In this document: positions 16,980 to 25,225 of the stretch, piece by piece
Layout: every line of letters begins with the position of its first letter
How positions within the stretch are numbered: the stretch's first letter is position 1
Assembly: GCA_038523235.1 (NCBI GenBank)
Contig: JBCBJQ010000086.1
Location: forward strand, 1-25,818
DNA: 25,818 nucleotides
DNA from: Cyanobacteria bacterium J06626_4
GTDB taxonomy: Bacteria > Cyanobacteriota > Cyanobacteriia > Phormidesmidales > Phormidesmidaceae
Reading direction: 5' to 3'
Position numbers and translations under genes: made by a program
Notes under the pieces: generated by a model
Told to the model about the DNA's origin: nothing
The model's input: the letters and a program-made list of their open reading frames with translations, nothing else
Database searches by the model: none

Positions 16980-17690
16980 CTAATTCACTAGGCCAGCGCG
17001 CAAGGCCCGTACCGCAGCTTTGGTGCGATCGTCCACGCCTAACTTGTTCAAAATATTGCGCACGTGGGTTTTCACCGTGCCGACTGTAATGTAAGACCGC
17101 TCGGCGATTTCAGCATTGCTGCAGCCGCCGACAATCAGCTCTAAAATCTCTAACTCCCGTTCAGTTAAGGGATAGTTATCGAGAACTTGGGTGTATTCCG
17201 GAGCGAGCGCATTGATCTCTATCGTTGACTCGACACCACCCGCCGCGACCGGATTTTTACGCATCTGTCGCAGCACGATGCTGGCGATCGCCGGATCAAT
17301 CCAAGAGTTGCCCTCATGCGTTTCTCGCACGGCGATCATCAATTCAGACAGCTCCGTCTGCTTCATACAGTAAGAGTCTGCACCGGCTGCAAAGGCTGCC
17401 ATCACGGAGTCTTCGCTGTCGTGCATCGTCAGCATCAAAATCTTGGTCGTGGTTTTCGCATCGGCAGGCGTCTGCTCACGCAAGCGGCGCACGACTTCGA
17501 TGCCATCAATATCGGGCAAACCAATGTCTACTACCGCAACATCCGGCTGTCGTGACAGCAGCAGCGCCAGCCCTGCCTCACCACTGGCGGCCTCACCGAC
17601 GAGTTCGATGTCGGATTGCTCATTAAAGGCAACCTTGAGGCCCATACGAGTGAGATTATGATCCTCAATTAAGGCAATTCGAGTAGACAT
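16980..17690 (-). CDS. NarL/LuxR-family response regulator, OrrA-like
   Basis: REC (IEDHNLTRMGL, VVDIGLPD.DG, AAFAAGADSY.MK, GNSWIDPAIA) plus LuxR HTH (YPLTERELEILELIV.GCSN..IA...YITVGTVKTHVRNILNKL..DDRT.AAVRALR.GLV). Closely resembles my recollection of Anabaena OrrA; orthology needs confirming. ATG 17690 preferred. Confidence 0.9.
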   Translation of the reverse strand: MSTRIALIEDHNLTRMGLKVAFNEQSDIELVGEAASGEAGLALLLSRQPDVAVVDIGLPDIDGIEVVRRLREQTPADAKTTTKILMLTMHDSEDSVMAAFAAGADSYCMKQTELSELMIAVRETHEGNSWIDPAIASIVLRQMRKNPVAAGGVESTIEINALAPEYTQVLDNYPLTERELEILELIVGGCSNAEIAERSYITVGTVKTHVRNILNKLGVDDRTKAAVRALRAGLVN

Positions 17691-17762
17691 GGTTAGGTTC
17701 CTAAGCATCAAGGTCGACGTCAATCCGCCATTGGGACGACATCACCCTACATCAGTATTTTT

Positions 17763-17876
17763 ACTATTCATTAGATCGGCTTAATATTCATACCTCTCAA
17801 GATAGAAGTTTGAGCGACTCGAGATCTATCTTAAGTCTGGGTACTCTGTTCCCGATGTTATCTATCTTGGTTGGTT
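17763..17876. promoter_or_regulatory. Divergent control region with three 7-2-7-type boxes or half-boxes
   Basis: TACCTCT-CA-AGATAGA (17791-17806), TCTATCT-TA-AGTCTGG (17825-17840) and a TCTATCT half-site (17861-17867). -10-like hexamers lie 22 nt away: AATAGT on the minus strand (17768-17763) and TATCTT on the plus strand (17863-17868). Confidence 0.6.
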
Positions 17877-17974
17877 AGGATGCGTCTTTGACCGGCGATC
17901 GCCCAAAGCTTTCGGTCAACGGCATCGACCCATCCGCGCCCTAGCTCTCAGTCGCCATTAGATCAGAGATAACT

Positions 17975-20098
17975 GTGTCAGGCCTATTTTTCAACGTTTC
18001 GACCGACTGTGGATTGAGTGATGCAGCATCCGTGCTGGCGCTCAACTCATCCGTTTCTCAAGGACATGACGAGCTCGGGAAGTCGGGGCTGGTGGGGCTG
18101 CACACGATTTCTGACGGCATGACGGCGATTGCCTATCTTGTCCTGGCCACGACACTGCTTTACGGCGCTCAGCAGCGGCCAGACCTGCCTTTTAGAGGTT
18201 TATTCTGGCTCTTGGGAGCCTTCCTCGCGGCCTGCGGCCTGACGCATACCCTGGCGATGGGGACGCTCTGGTTTCCCCCATCCTGGGTGAGCGACAGCGT
18301 GAAAGCGGTCACCGCCCTCTTGGCTGTGTTCACCGCCTTTGCCTTCGTGCCTCGCCTCCCCGCTGTGTTGGCGTTGCTCAACACGGCACCGTCGGAGCCG
18401 CTCCATCAGGTTTTAACCGCAGAGAGCGTTGAGGGGAACCAGGCCGAGGTGAACTATCAGCAACTCAATGCTGAGCTAGAAGGACAAATGGAACGTCGTA
18501 CCGCTGCCCTTACCCAGTCAAAACAAGAGAATGAACGATTGCTGCGCCAGGAGCAAACTTCCCGCGCAGAACTCGAAGTCGCCTTACACAATCAGCAAGA
18601 TACTGCCGAACGGTTGAAGATTGCGCTGAGTGCCGCCCAAATGGGCTCTTGGGATTGGCGTCTCAACGATGCCGCTCTGCACTGGTCGCCCAAAACCATG
18701 AGCATCTTAGGCTTCGACCAGAGAGCGGACGAGGTCAGCTACGAGAACTGGCGGCAGTGCGTTCATCCCGCAGACTTGGCTCGGGTCGAGAATGCGATCG
18801 CCGACGCGCAAAGCAGTCACGCCGTTTTTTCTGAAGAGTATCGGGTGCAATGGCCTGACCAAAGTTGGCATTGGGTACTCGCTCAGGGCCGGTTTTTATC
18901 CGCCAATGGCCAGCCCCATCAGATGATTGGGGTTATTCAAGAAATCACCGAGGAGAAGCAAGCGGTTTTGGCCCTGGCCGCGAGTGAAGCGCGGTTTCGC
19001 GCCGTGTTTGAGCAGGCCGCCGTCGGCATGGCCCGGCTGTCACCCGCAGGGCTATGGCTGCAAGTTAACAATACCCTCTGCACCTTACTGGGGTATGCCC
19101 CAGCAGAGCTGATTAATCAACCGTTCCAGCAATTTACCGAGCCAGCCGACCTCGAGCAAGATCGAGACTATTATCAACAGCTCGTTGCTGGGCAGATCGA
19201 TGCCTGCCGCTTTCAAAAGCGGTATCGCCATAAAGATGGCACCCCCATTTGGACGATGGTGACGGTATCGACGGAAACGGATGAACAGGCAAACCTGCTC
19301 TCCTTTATTGCCGTGATTGAGGATATTCGTGAACTCAAGCAAACCACCGCAGAACTCAAGCAGCGGGCCAGTGAGTTAGAGCGCGTCAATAGCTTGCTCG
19401 CCGTCACCAATGCCATGGTCGAAAACCGCAATGCCGAACTCGATCAGTTTGCCTATGTCACCTCTCACGACCTGAAAGCGCCGCTGCGAGCGATCGCCAA
19501 TCTTTCGGCATGGCTGGAAGAAGATCTGGGTAGCAACCTGCCGGCAGAAAACCGTCAACAGCTCACCCTACTCAGAAGCCGAGTGCACCGCATGGAAGGA
19601 CTCATCAACGGGCTGCTGGAATATTCTCGGGTCGGTCGCCGCGAGCAGCCGGTCAGCTGGGTCGATGTGCGCCAGATGCTGCTCGAAACCATTGACCTGA
19701 TTTCCCCCCCAGAGTCGTTCACCGTTTCCTTGCCGGCACAAATGCCCAATCTAGAAACCAACCAAACGGTCCTCAATCAGGTGTTTTCTAACTTAATTAG
19801 CAATGCGATTAAACACCACGATCGCGAGGATGGCACTATCGAAATCACTGCTGTCGAGCAAGCGCAGTTCATCGAGTTCACGGTTAAAGACGACGGCCCT
19901 GGCATTGCCCCCCAGTATCACCAGAAAGTATTCACCATCTTTCAAACGTTGAAAGCGCGTGACGAATTAGAAAGTACGGGCATTGGGCTGGCGATCGTCA
20001 AAAAGATGGTGGAATCAGCCGGGGGCCGCATCACTTTAGAATCAGCCCCAGGTGATGGCAGCACCTTTCGGTTCACCTGGCCGCGATCGGCGGGATGA
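17975..20098 (+). CDS. Sensor histidine kinase: ETR1-like 3-TM ethylene-binding-type domain - coiled coil - 2x PAS - Cph1-type HisKA - HATPase
   Basis: SDGMTAIAY...PFRGLFWLLGAFLAACGLTH...KAVTA membrane module; two PAS/PAC units; ELDQFAYVTSHDLKAPLRAI, NLISNAIKH, DDGPGI and STGIGLAIVKK. Start codon uncertain. Confidence 0.9.
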   Translation: MSGLFFNVSTDCGLSDAASVLALNSSVSQGHDELGKSGLVGLHTISDGMTAIAYLVLATTLLYGAQQRPDLPFRGLFWLLGAFLAACGLTHTLAMGTLWFPPSWVSDSVKAVTALLAVFTAFAFVPRLPAVLALLNTAPSEPLHQVLTAESVEGNQAEVNYQQLNAELEGQMERRTAALTQSKQENERLLRQEQTSRAELEVALHNQQDTAERLKIALSAAQMGSWDWRLNDAALHWSPKTMSILGFDQRADEVSYENWRQCVHPADLARVENAIADAQSSHAVFSEEYRVQWPDQSWHWVLAQGRFLSANGQPHQMIGVIQEITEEKQAVLALAASEARFRAVFEQAAVGMARLSPAGLWLQVNNTLCTLLGYAPAELINQPFQQFTEPADLEQDRDYYQQLVAGQIDACRFQKRYRHKDGTPIWTMVTVSTETDEQANLLSFIAVIEDIRELKQTTAELKQRASELERVNSLLAVTNAMVENRNAELDQFAYVTSHDLKAPLRAIANLSAWLEEDLGSNLPAENRQQLTLLRSRVHRMEGLINGLLEYSRVGRREQPVSWVDVRQMLLETIDLISPPESFTVSLPAQMPNLETNQTVLNQVFSNLISNAIKHHDREDGTIEITAVEQAQFIEFTVKDDGPGIAPQYHQKVFTIFQTLKARDELESTGIGLAIVKKMVESAGGRITLESAPGDGSTFRFTWPRSAG

Positions 20099-20153
20099 TG
20101 ACTCACGCTGAATGACTCAATCATCCGTGTATGAGGCTCGATATGTTACACCC

Positions 20154-20197
20154 TCTTACTTATGGATGACGTCATAACATTGCTTAATTAGTATTAT
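20154..20197 (+). promoter_or_regulatory. Degenerate 7-2-7 box plus -10 hexamer upstream of the Rcp-type receiver
   Basis: TCTTACT-TA-TGGATGA (20154-20169), a 22-nt spacer, then TATTAT (20192-20197). Confidence 0.4.
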
Positions 20198-20262
20198 GAA
20201 TTGGGTAATACAGCCTTTGTTCTAGTCGGTTTTGATTGAATACAGTTGTCGGGGAGACGCCA

Positions 20263-20694
20263 GTGGAGGAAAAAGTTGTCAATATCTTGCTGGTCGAAGA
20301 CGACGAAGTTGATGTGATGAACGTCAAGCGAGCGTTCAAGCGTAATCGCATCACGAATCCCCTTTTTGTGGCCGGTAACGGATTAGAAGCACTCGCGATG
20401 TTGCGAGGACAGGTTGAGGATGGGCCGAAGATTCCTCACACTCGACGCATCATCCTTCTTGATATCAACATGCCGAAGATGAACGGCATTGAATTCTTAC
20501 AAAAATTGCGCCAAGATCCGGCATTAGCGCCCACTCCAGTGATTGTTCTCACCACTTCAGATGAAGATCAAGATCGGATTGAGGCCTATAAGCTTAACGT
20601 GGCGGGCTATATCTTAAAGCCCGTAACCTTTTCGAGTTTTGCTGAGGTCATGGCTGCCCTCAACAAGTATTGGACCCTGTGTGAAATGCCCTGA
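20263..20694 (+). CDS. Single-domain response regulator, Rcp1/RcpA type
   Basis: ILLVEDDEVD, G.EAL..L, ILLDINMPKMNG.EFL, VIVLTTS...D...AY....AGYI.KP and a C-terminal YW. GTG 20263 has a GGAG RBS; TTG 20236 is the alternative. Confidence 0.9.
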   Translation: MEEKVVNILLVEDDEVDVMNVKRAFKRNRITNPLFVAGNGLEALAMLRGQVEDGPKIPHTRRIILLDINMPKMNGIEFLQKLRQDPALAPTPVIVLTTSDEDQDRIEAYKLNVAGYILKPVTFSSFAEVMAALNKYWTLCEMP

Positions 20695-20700
20695 TTGGCC

Positions 20701-21945
20701 ATGACAAAATCTTCACCTGCTCTAATTTCTCAAACCGTGATGAATGAAACGTTGAATGTTTTAGTCATCGATGATGATGTGACCGATCGTATGGCGATGC
20801 GGCGGTATCTGGCCAAAACGCCGTTGCAGGCAACGATGACCGAGGCCGCAAATGCCCAAACGGCCAGACAGTTGTTGGCGAGTGAACCCTTTAACTGTAT
20901 TTTCCTTGATTTCCGCTTACCGGATACCGATGGTCTCTCATTTATCAAGCAGTTGCGCTTAGAGGGCAATCGGTTGCCCATTATTGTCTTCACTGGGCAA
21001 GGAGACGAGCAAACAGCAGTCGACTTAATGAAGGCCGGGGCCTCCGACTACCTCTCTAAATCGCGATTATCCCCAGACACCTTAAGTAGCCTAATTCGCC
21101 ACGCGATGACGGTCTATCGAGCGGAGCAGCGCACCCGAGCGGCTCAAGAGCAACTTAAGCAGACCAACCTGCTGCTGAGACAACAAAACCAAGAATTAGA
21201 AGACCAGCGGCAGCAGATTGAACAGCAGAATCTACGACTTTTAGAGGCGAATCAGCATAAAGCTGAGTTTTTGGCGACGGTGAGTCACGAGTTAAGAACC
21301 CCCCTCAACTCAATTTTGGGGTTCTCTCAGATCTTGAAAAGCCAAACCAAAGGACCCCTCAACGATTATCAGGTCAAAATGGCAGACTGTATCCACACCA
21401 ATGGGGCAAGTTTGCTACATCTGGTCAACGATATTTTAGATATGTCTACGATTGAATCAAATCGACTCCAGCTAACGCCTCACTTCTTTGATTTAGAGGT
21501 TTTGATTCAAGAAGTGCTGTCAGAAATGCATTGGATGGTGAGTCAAAAGGAGTTGGCCATCCAAGCGCTGGTCAATTTAGAAGACGACATCATCTACAAC
21601 GATCGCCAACGGCTCAAGCAAATTCTCATCAATTTGCTGTCTAACGCCATCAAATTTACCGAGCAAGGCGGTATCGATATCGAGGTGAATAGTCTTGCTA
21701 AAAACAGCCTGGAAATTTGCGTACAGGATACGGGGATTGGGATCGCCGACGAGCAGCTTTCAACCATTTTTCAACCGTTTCGACAAGTTGACCAATCGAT
21801 TATTCGCAAGCACGCAGGCACCGGTCTTGGATTAGCCATTACGCACTCTCTTGTCAGCATCATGCAAGGCTTGATCACAGTCGAAAGTCAGATGGGTCAG
21901 GGCTCGACCTTTCGCATCCAAATTCCGCGTCAAATTTCTGAGTAG
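20701..21945 (+). CDS. Hybrid kinase REC - coiled coil - HisKA - HATPase
   Basis: VIDDD, FLDFRLPD.DG, TGQGDE..AV..MKAGASDY, FLATVSHELRTPLN, NLLSNAIKFT, DTGIGI and GTGLGL. Confidence 0.92.
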   Translation: MTKSSPALISQTVMNETLNVLVIDDDVTDRMAMRRYLAKTPLQATMTEAANAQTARQLLASEPFNCIFLDFRLPDTDGLSFIKQLRLEGNRLPIIVFTGQGDEQTAVDLMKAGASDYLSKSRLSPDTLSSLIRHAMTVYRAEQRTRAAQEQLKQTNLLLRQQNQELEDQRQQIEQQNLRLLEANQHKAEFLATVSHELRTPLNSILGFSQILKSQTKGPLNDYQVKMADCIHTNGASLLHLVNDILDMSTIESNRLQLTPHFFDLEVLIQEVLSEMHWMVSQKELAIQALVNLEDDIIYNDRQRLKQILINLLSNAIKFTEQGGIDIEVNSLAKNSLEICVQDTGIGIADEQLSTIFQPFRQVDQSIIRKHAGTGLGLAITHSLVSIMQGLITVESQMGQGSTFRIQIPRQISE

Positions 21946-22135
21946 ACATAGCAGAAGGCGGCAGTCGGACTGCAGAATTGGACGTTGCTGAGTCAAAGTA
22001 TGAATCCGGTGTTTGAGACTGCGGGTAAGATGCCCGCTCTCCGCACTTGTGGCCTATGGGTGACTTTTCAAGGGGTAGGGGAGTGCTACGGCGATTCTAT
22101 GGGTCGCCCACACTCAGAGCATGGGTATCAGCCGG

Positions 22136-23041
22136 TCAGGGCGATGCGAATTCCGGGATCTTGCCTAATTTGTGGATGTTGACCTTGACCTCCATGCCCA
22201 GATAGTCGTCTGGCCCGCCAGTCCAAGAACCAGACAGGGGAATGATTTGGGCTGGATGTCGGGCGATCGCCACTTGAATTAAATCAAAGCCCGCCGTAAT
22301 TCGGTTCGTTGGATCATAACTGCGCCACCCCGCCCCTGGCAGATAGACCTGTAGCCAAGCATGGGTCGCCCCCGAGCCCGTCATGCCCACCGCCCCGCCA
22401 TCTAGAGACTCATCGTAGAGATAACCACTGACAAACCGGCAAGCAAAGCCGAGTCGCCGTAATCCCTCAATCATTAGCCATGCATAGTCGCGACAGGTGC
22501 CAGACTGCTTTTGCAGGGTTTCTCCCGGCGATTGCGTGCCCTCAACCTCCCTCGCTTGATAGCTCAGTGTGTTCCAGATATTGTCCATCATGCGGGCCAG
22601 CACATCCAGGGTCTCGTCCTGGTCACCTGCTACTAAGCGTCTGACCCAAGCGGCGACCCGCCCATCCGGGTCAGCAGCATGGGGACGCATAAATAGAGAC
22701 AGGTCGATCCATTCGTCGGGGGTGTACTGTACGGGCACTTCATCGGCACGACTGTCTAAGGGAAAATTCTGAATACTTTTGATCCCAAAATGTTCGCCGC
22801 GAAAGCGATACGTCACGGTCAGCTCGTCGCTCGGGTCTGGCAGCTCAATCAGAGCCACATTATTCGAGAGGGTATCCATCATCCAGCGGACTTTAGAGGG
22901 CACGTTGGTCTGCAGAGAGTAATTCAACACTCGGCCACCGTAGCCCACACTCGGCAAGAAAATTCCTCGGTGCTGCCCAAACTTGACGGGGCGGCGATAG
23001 CGATAGGTGGTGACATGTTCAAGGTCATAAATGACAGGCAT
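22136..23041 (-). CDS. Transglutaminase-like protein with bacterial N-terminal domain
   Basis: H.TTYRY N-terminal domain and triad motifs GTCRDYA, THAWLQVY and YDPTN, plus RFVSGYL. ATG 23041 preferred. Confidence 0.9.
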   Translation of the reverse strand: MPVIYDLEHVTTYRYRRPVKFGQHRGIFLPSVGYGGRVLNYSLQTNVPSKVRWMMDTLSNNVALIELPDPSDELTVTYRFRGEHFGIKSIQNFPLDSRADEVPVQYTPDEWIDLSLFMRPHAADPDGRVAAWVRRLVAGDQDETLDVLARMMDNIWNTLSYQAREVEGTQSPGETLQKQSGTCRDYAWLMIEGLRRLGFACRFVSGYLYDESLDGGAVGMTGSGATHAWLQVYLPGAGWRSYDPTNRITAGFDLIQVAIARHPAQIIPLSGSWTGGPDDYLGMEVKVNIHKLGKIPEFASP

Positions 23042-23162
23042 CGGGGGGATTCCCTCAGAGGCGGGTAGAGGCGCAAAGAGCAATTCACAAGACGCCAGCT
23101 TTATTCTAGAGGTCAGCCTTGTTGGGCAGCACAGCGCTCTCTACCGATTTCAGCGCCAATTT

Positions 23163-23483
23163 TTAACGGCGGTTGGCCATATCGGCAGACTGACGATAGC
23201 AAAGTTGAGGTTGGCAGCCCCTGGCCGGTTCAAAATCATGACAGTCAATGGCCTCTTCTGACAAAGCGGTTGAGGGATGGACAGGACACTTCAAGTAATG
23301 ACTGCCGGTATAGTATTGGCAGCGATCGCAGGGGATTTGATGCAATCGTCGCAAATGTCTGACCCCCTCTTGCAGGGCGGTGAGCACCGACCAAAGAAAG
23401 GCCAGCACCACCGTCCAAATCAAGACGGGGAAGAGCAAAGCTATGACCGTAGCAGCATTGAGGTGAGAAACGTAGTGAACCAT
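23163..23483 (-). CDS. Small cyanobacterial membrane protein with a Cys4 motif
   Basis: One TM helix followed by LHQIPCxxCxYxTGxxxLKCPVHPxxALSEEAIDCxDF, a conserved cyanobacterial hypothetical pattern. Start at ATG 23483 or TTG 23543. Confidence 0.75.
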   Translation of the reverse strand: MVHYVSHLNAATVIALLFPVLIWTVVLAFLWSVLTALQEGVRHLRRLHQIPCDRCQYYTGSHYLKCPVHPSTALSEEAIDCHDFEPARGCQPQLCYRQSADMANRR

Positions 23484-23546
23484 AGCTAGCTCCGTGGGTT
23501 GAGCGAGTCGCGTGATCAGTGATTGGGCGGTAATTAAGGACAACTT

Positions 23547-23996
23547 CTAGAACGGCGATCGCTCTGGCAACACGGCCATGTTAAGGGCCTGGACAATCGC
23601 CACCGAGCCATAGCGCGGATCGATCGCTAGATTTAGAACCTTGACTTGATGAGCGCGGCGATTGTCTGGCTGACGCACAGTGAAGCCAGCAAACTGGCCC
23701 GATTCGGCAGAGAGTCCGGCTTGAAAAATGCTGGATCGATCAGCAAACGGCAGAAACTCAGCTTCACCCACGATGTGGGTAGCCTGGTTCGCAAATGACA
23801 GCTGACCATCGTGAGTGAGAATCGCGGCCGGAGCGTCACAGCGATCGCACCAGTTAACCGCCAAAAACCAACGGGCATCCGCGATGCGATCGAACACTCG
23901 TTCGGGCCGTGGATGCTGCAGCACCCGATAGCCGCCTTCTACGGAGAAAATCGTGCCGCCCAAAAAGCCACAGGCGACAGAAATAGGTGAAGACAT
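23547..23996 (-). CDS. Hypothetical protein (CxxC-containing)
   Basis: ATG 23996 lies 5 nt after the methyltransferase stop, removing the 100-bp overlap of the 24104 start. Protein-like composition with WCDRC; tight packing in a minus-strand run. Confidence 0.65.
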   Translation of the reverse strand: MSSPISVACGFLGGTIFSVEGGYRVLQHPRPERVFDRIADARWFLAVNWCDRCDAPAAILTHDGQLSFANQATHIVGEAEFLPFADRSSIFQAGLSAESGQFAGFTVRQPDNRRAHQVKVLNLAIDPRYGSVAIVQALNMAVLPERSPF

Positions 23997-24001
23997 AATG
24001 C

Positions 24002-24820
24002 CTAAACCCGACTCTCTATCAGCAACGACGAATTGCGAAGGGTAGGCAGTTGGCTGAGCCACGGCACCCAGCGATAAACGCCGATGCGATCGCGATAATG
24101 GCACATCTCCTGAATCAGCGATCGCGCTTCTACCACCGTTAAGCCCATCGCTGTCAGGTCTCGTTCATGGTTGATAAACCACTTGAGGGGGGCATCTAAA
24201 TCGGCTAACTGCTTAGCGGTCCGGCCTCGGGTGAGACCGCCCACTGCATCAAACACTAGAGTTGCTCCAGCAAATCGCTGTTTTAGTTGGGTGATGAAGG
24301 TTTGAACTTCATCAGGCTCCAGATACATCAGTAGCCCCTCGGCCAAAATCAACAGCTGCTCAGGGGGGCAATCAGGCACCTCGTCCAACCAGCTCCAGTC
24401 CACGACGGAACGCGGAATCAGGCGATAGCGATCGCTCTCAGTCTCAAATTGCTGACGCAGGTGAATCACTTCTGGTAAATCAAGCTCTAGCCAATAGTGG
24501 CTCTGTTGACCGACGCGATAATAGCGAGTCGATAAGCCCGCGCCGAGTTCCACCACCACCGCCTGGGACTGCACGGCCAGATGCCGCTGCACGATTTCAT
24601 CAAAAATGTGAGCCCGCAAGGCCCATCCCAATTGACTCAAGGGCTGATAAAGCCCATCCAAGACAGGATCCCACGTGAGCGCTGGCCACCACTCAGCAAT
24701 TATCGGATCATGCAAAATACTGTGCAGTCGGTAATGCTCGTCAACCCGTGCCCGCGTAGTCAACAACAGGGTGCGAGGCACCCCCGAAAATACTGTCGTG
24801 GTCAGTGTCGAATGATTCAT
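24002..24820 (-). CDS. Class I SAM-dependent methyltransferase, LCM/O-methyltransferase type
   Basis: V..TLL....AR, R...FD, VVELGAGLSTR.YR, ELDLPEVI..R and LILAEGLLMYL; strong RBS GGAGGTG before ATG 24820. Confidence 0.9.
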   Translation of the reverse strand: MNHSTLTTTVFSGVPRTLLLTTRARVDEHYRLHSILHDPIIAEWWPALTWDPVLDGLYQPLSQLGWALRAHIFDEIVQRHLAVQSQAVVVELGAGLSTRYYRVGQQSHYWLELDLPEVIHLRQQFETESDRYRLIPRSVVDWSWLDEVPDCPPEQLLILAEGLLMYLEPDEVQTFITQLKQRFAGATLVFDAVGGLTRGRTAKQLADLDAPLKWFINHERDLTAMGLTVVEARSLIQEMCHYRDRIGVYRWVPWLSQLPTLRNSSLLIESRV

Positions 24821-24824
24821 CAAC

Positions 24825-24941
24825 TCACCTCCCTAATGAGTGGATATTGACCGCGACCAAAGGCGCACCCAAGGCGGCAGTGGTTTGGCAAGACAAGACC
24901 AGCGATCGCATCAATGGCGTCCCCAAGAGTCCGTTGGTCAT
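24825..24941 (-). CDS. Putative 38-aa small protein / leader peptide
   Basis: Not in the track. AGGAG RBS 5 nt before ATG; MTNGLLGTPLMRSLVLSCQTTAALGAPLVAVNIHSLGR*; its stop overlaps the methyltransferase RBS. Confidence 0.45.
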   Translation of the reverse strand: MTNGLLGTPLMRSLVLSCQTTAALGAPLVAVNIHSLGR

Positions 24942-25032
24942 AGCAGCTCCTTTTAATCAGGACAGATAGATTGCCAAAGCCTGCAGAACAGTCACCCGGT
25001 TCTGAGCCTCAGCACTGGCAAAAGGACATTCT

Positions 25033-25087
25033 TAATGACTTATATTCTCATTAGAATGATTTGAGCATACTCTAGAATTATTCTCAA
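25033..25087. promoter_or_regulatory. Two Fur-family-like boxes
   Basis: TAATGA-N9-TCATTA (25033-25053) and TAGAATTATTCTCAA (25073-25087, core palindrome AGAAT-T-ATTCT), resembling cyanobacterial Fur-type TGAGAATNATTCTCA sites, upstream of the minus-strand gene run. Confidence 0.6.
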
Positions 25088-25196
25088 CAAGCTGTCTGTT
25101 AACTTATATTGAAGATTTAGGCTGGCGACGACTCAACGGTCCGGGATTCATTGAGTTTGAACTGGTTAAGGGGTGCGAGCTGTTTAGGAAAACCTA

Positions 25197-25225
25197 CTTT
25201 TAGGGGCTTTTAGGGGCTTTTAGGG
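25197..25225. repeat. 10-bp tandem repeat (CTTTTAGGGG) x ~3
   Basis: cttttagggg cttttagggg cttttaggg read directly. Confidence 0.85.

Noticed and set aside
20098..20125. ATGACTCA direct repeat and GATGA/TCATC dyad after the kinase stop
   Set aside because: Short, no U-tract and not repeated elsewhere; insufficient for a terminator or operator call.
17975..20694. Phytochrome call based on the Cph1-type HisKA and Rcp receiver
   Set aside because: No GAF/PHY photosensory module or bilin-binding Cys motif; only the transmitter and receiver classes are shared.
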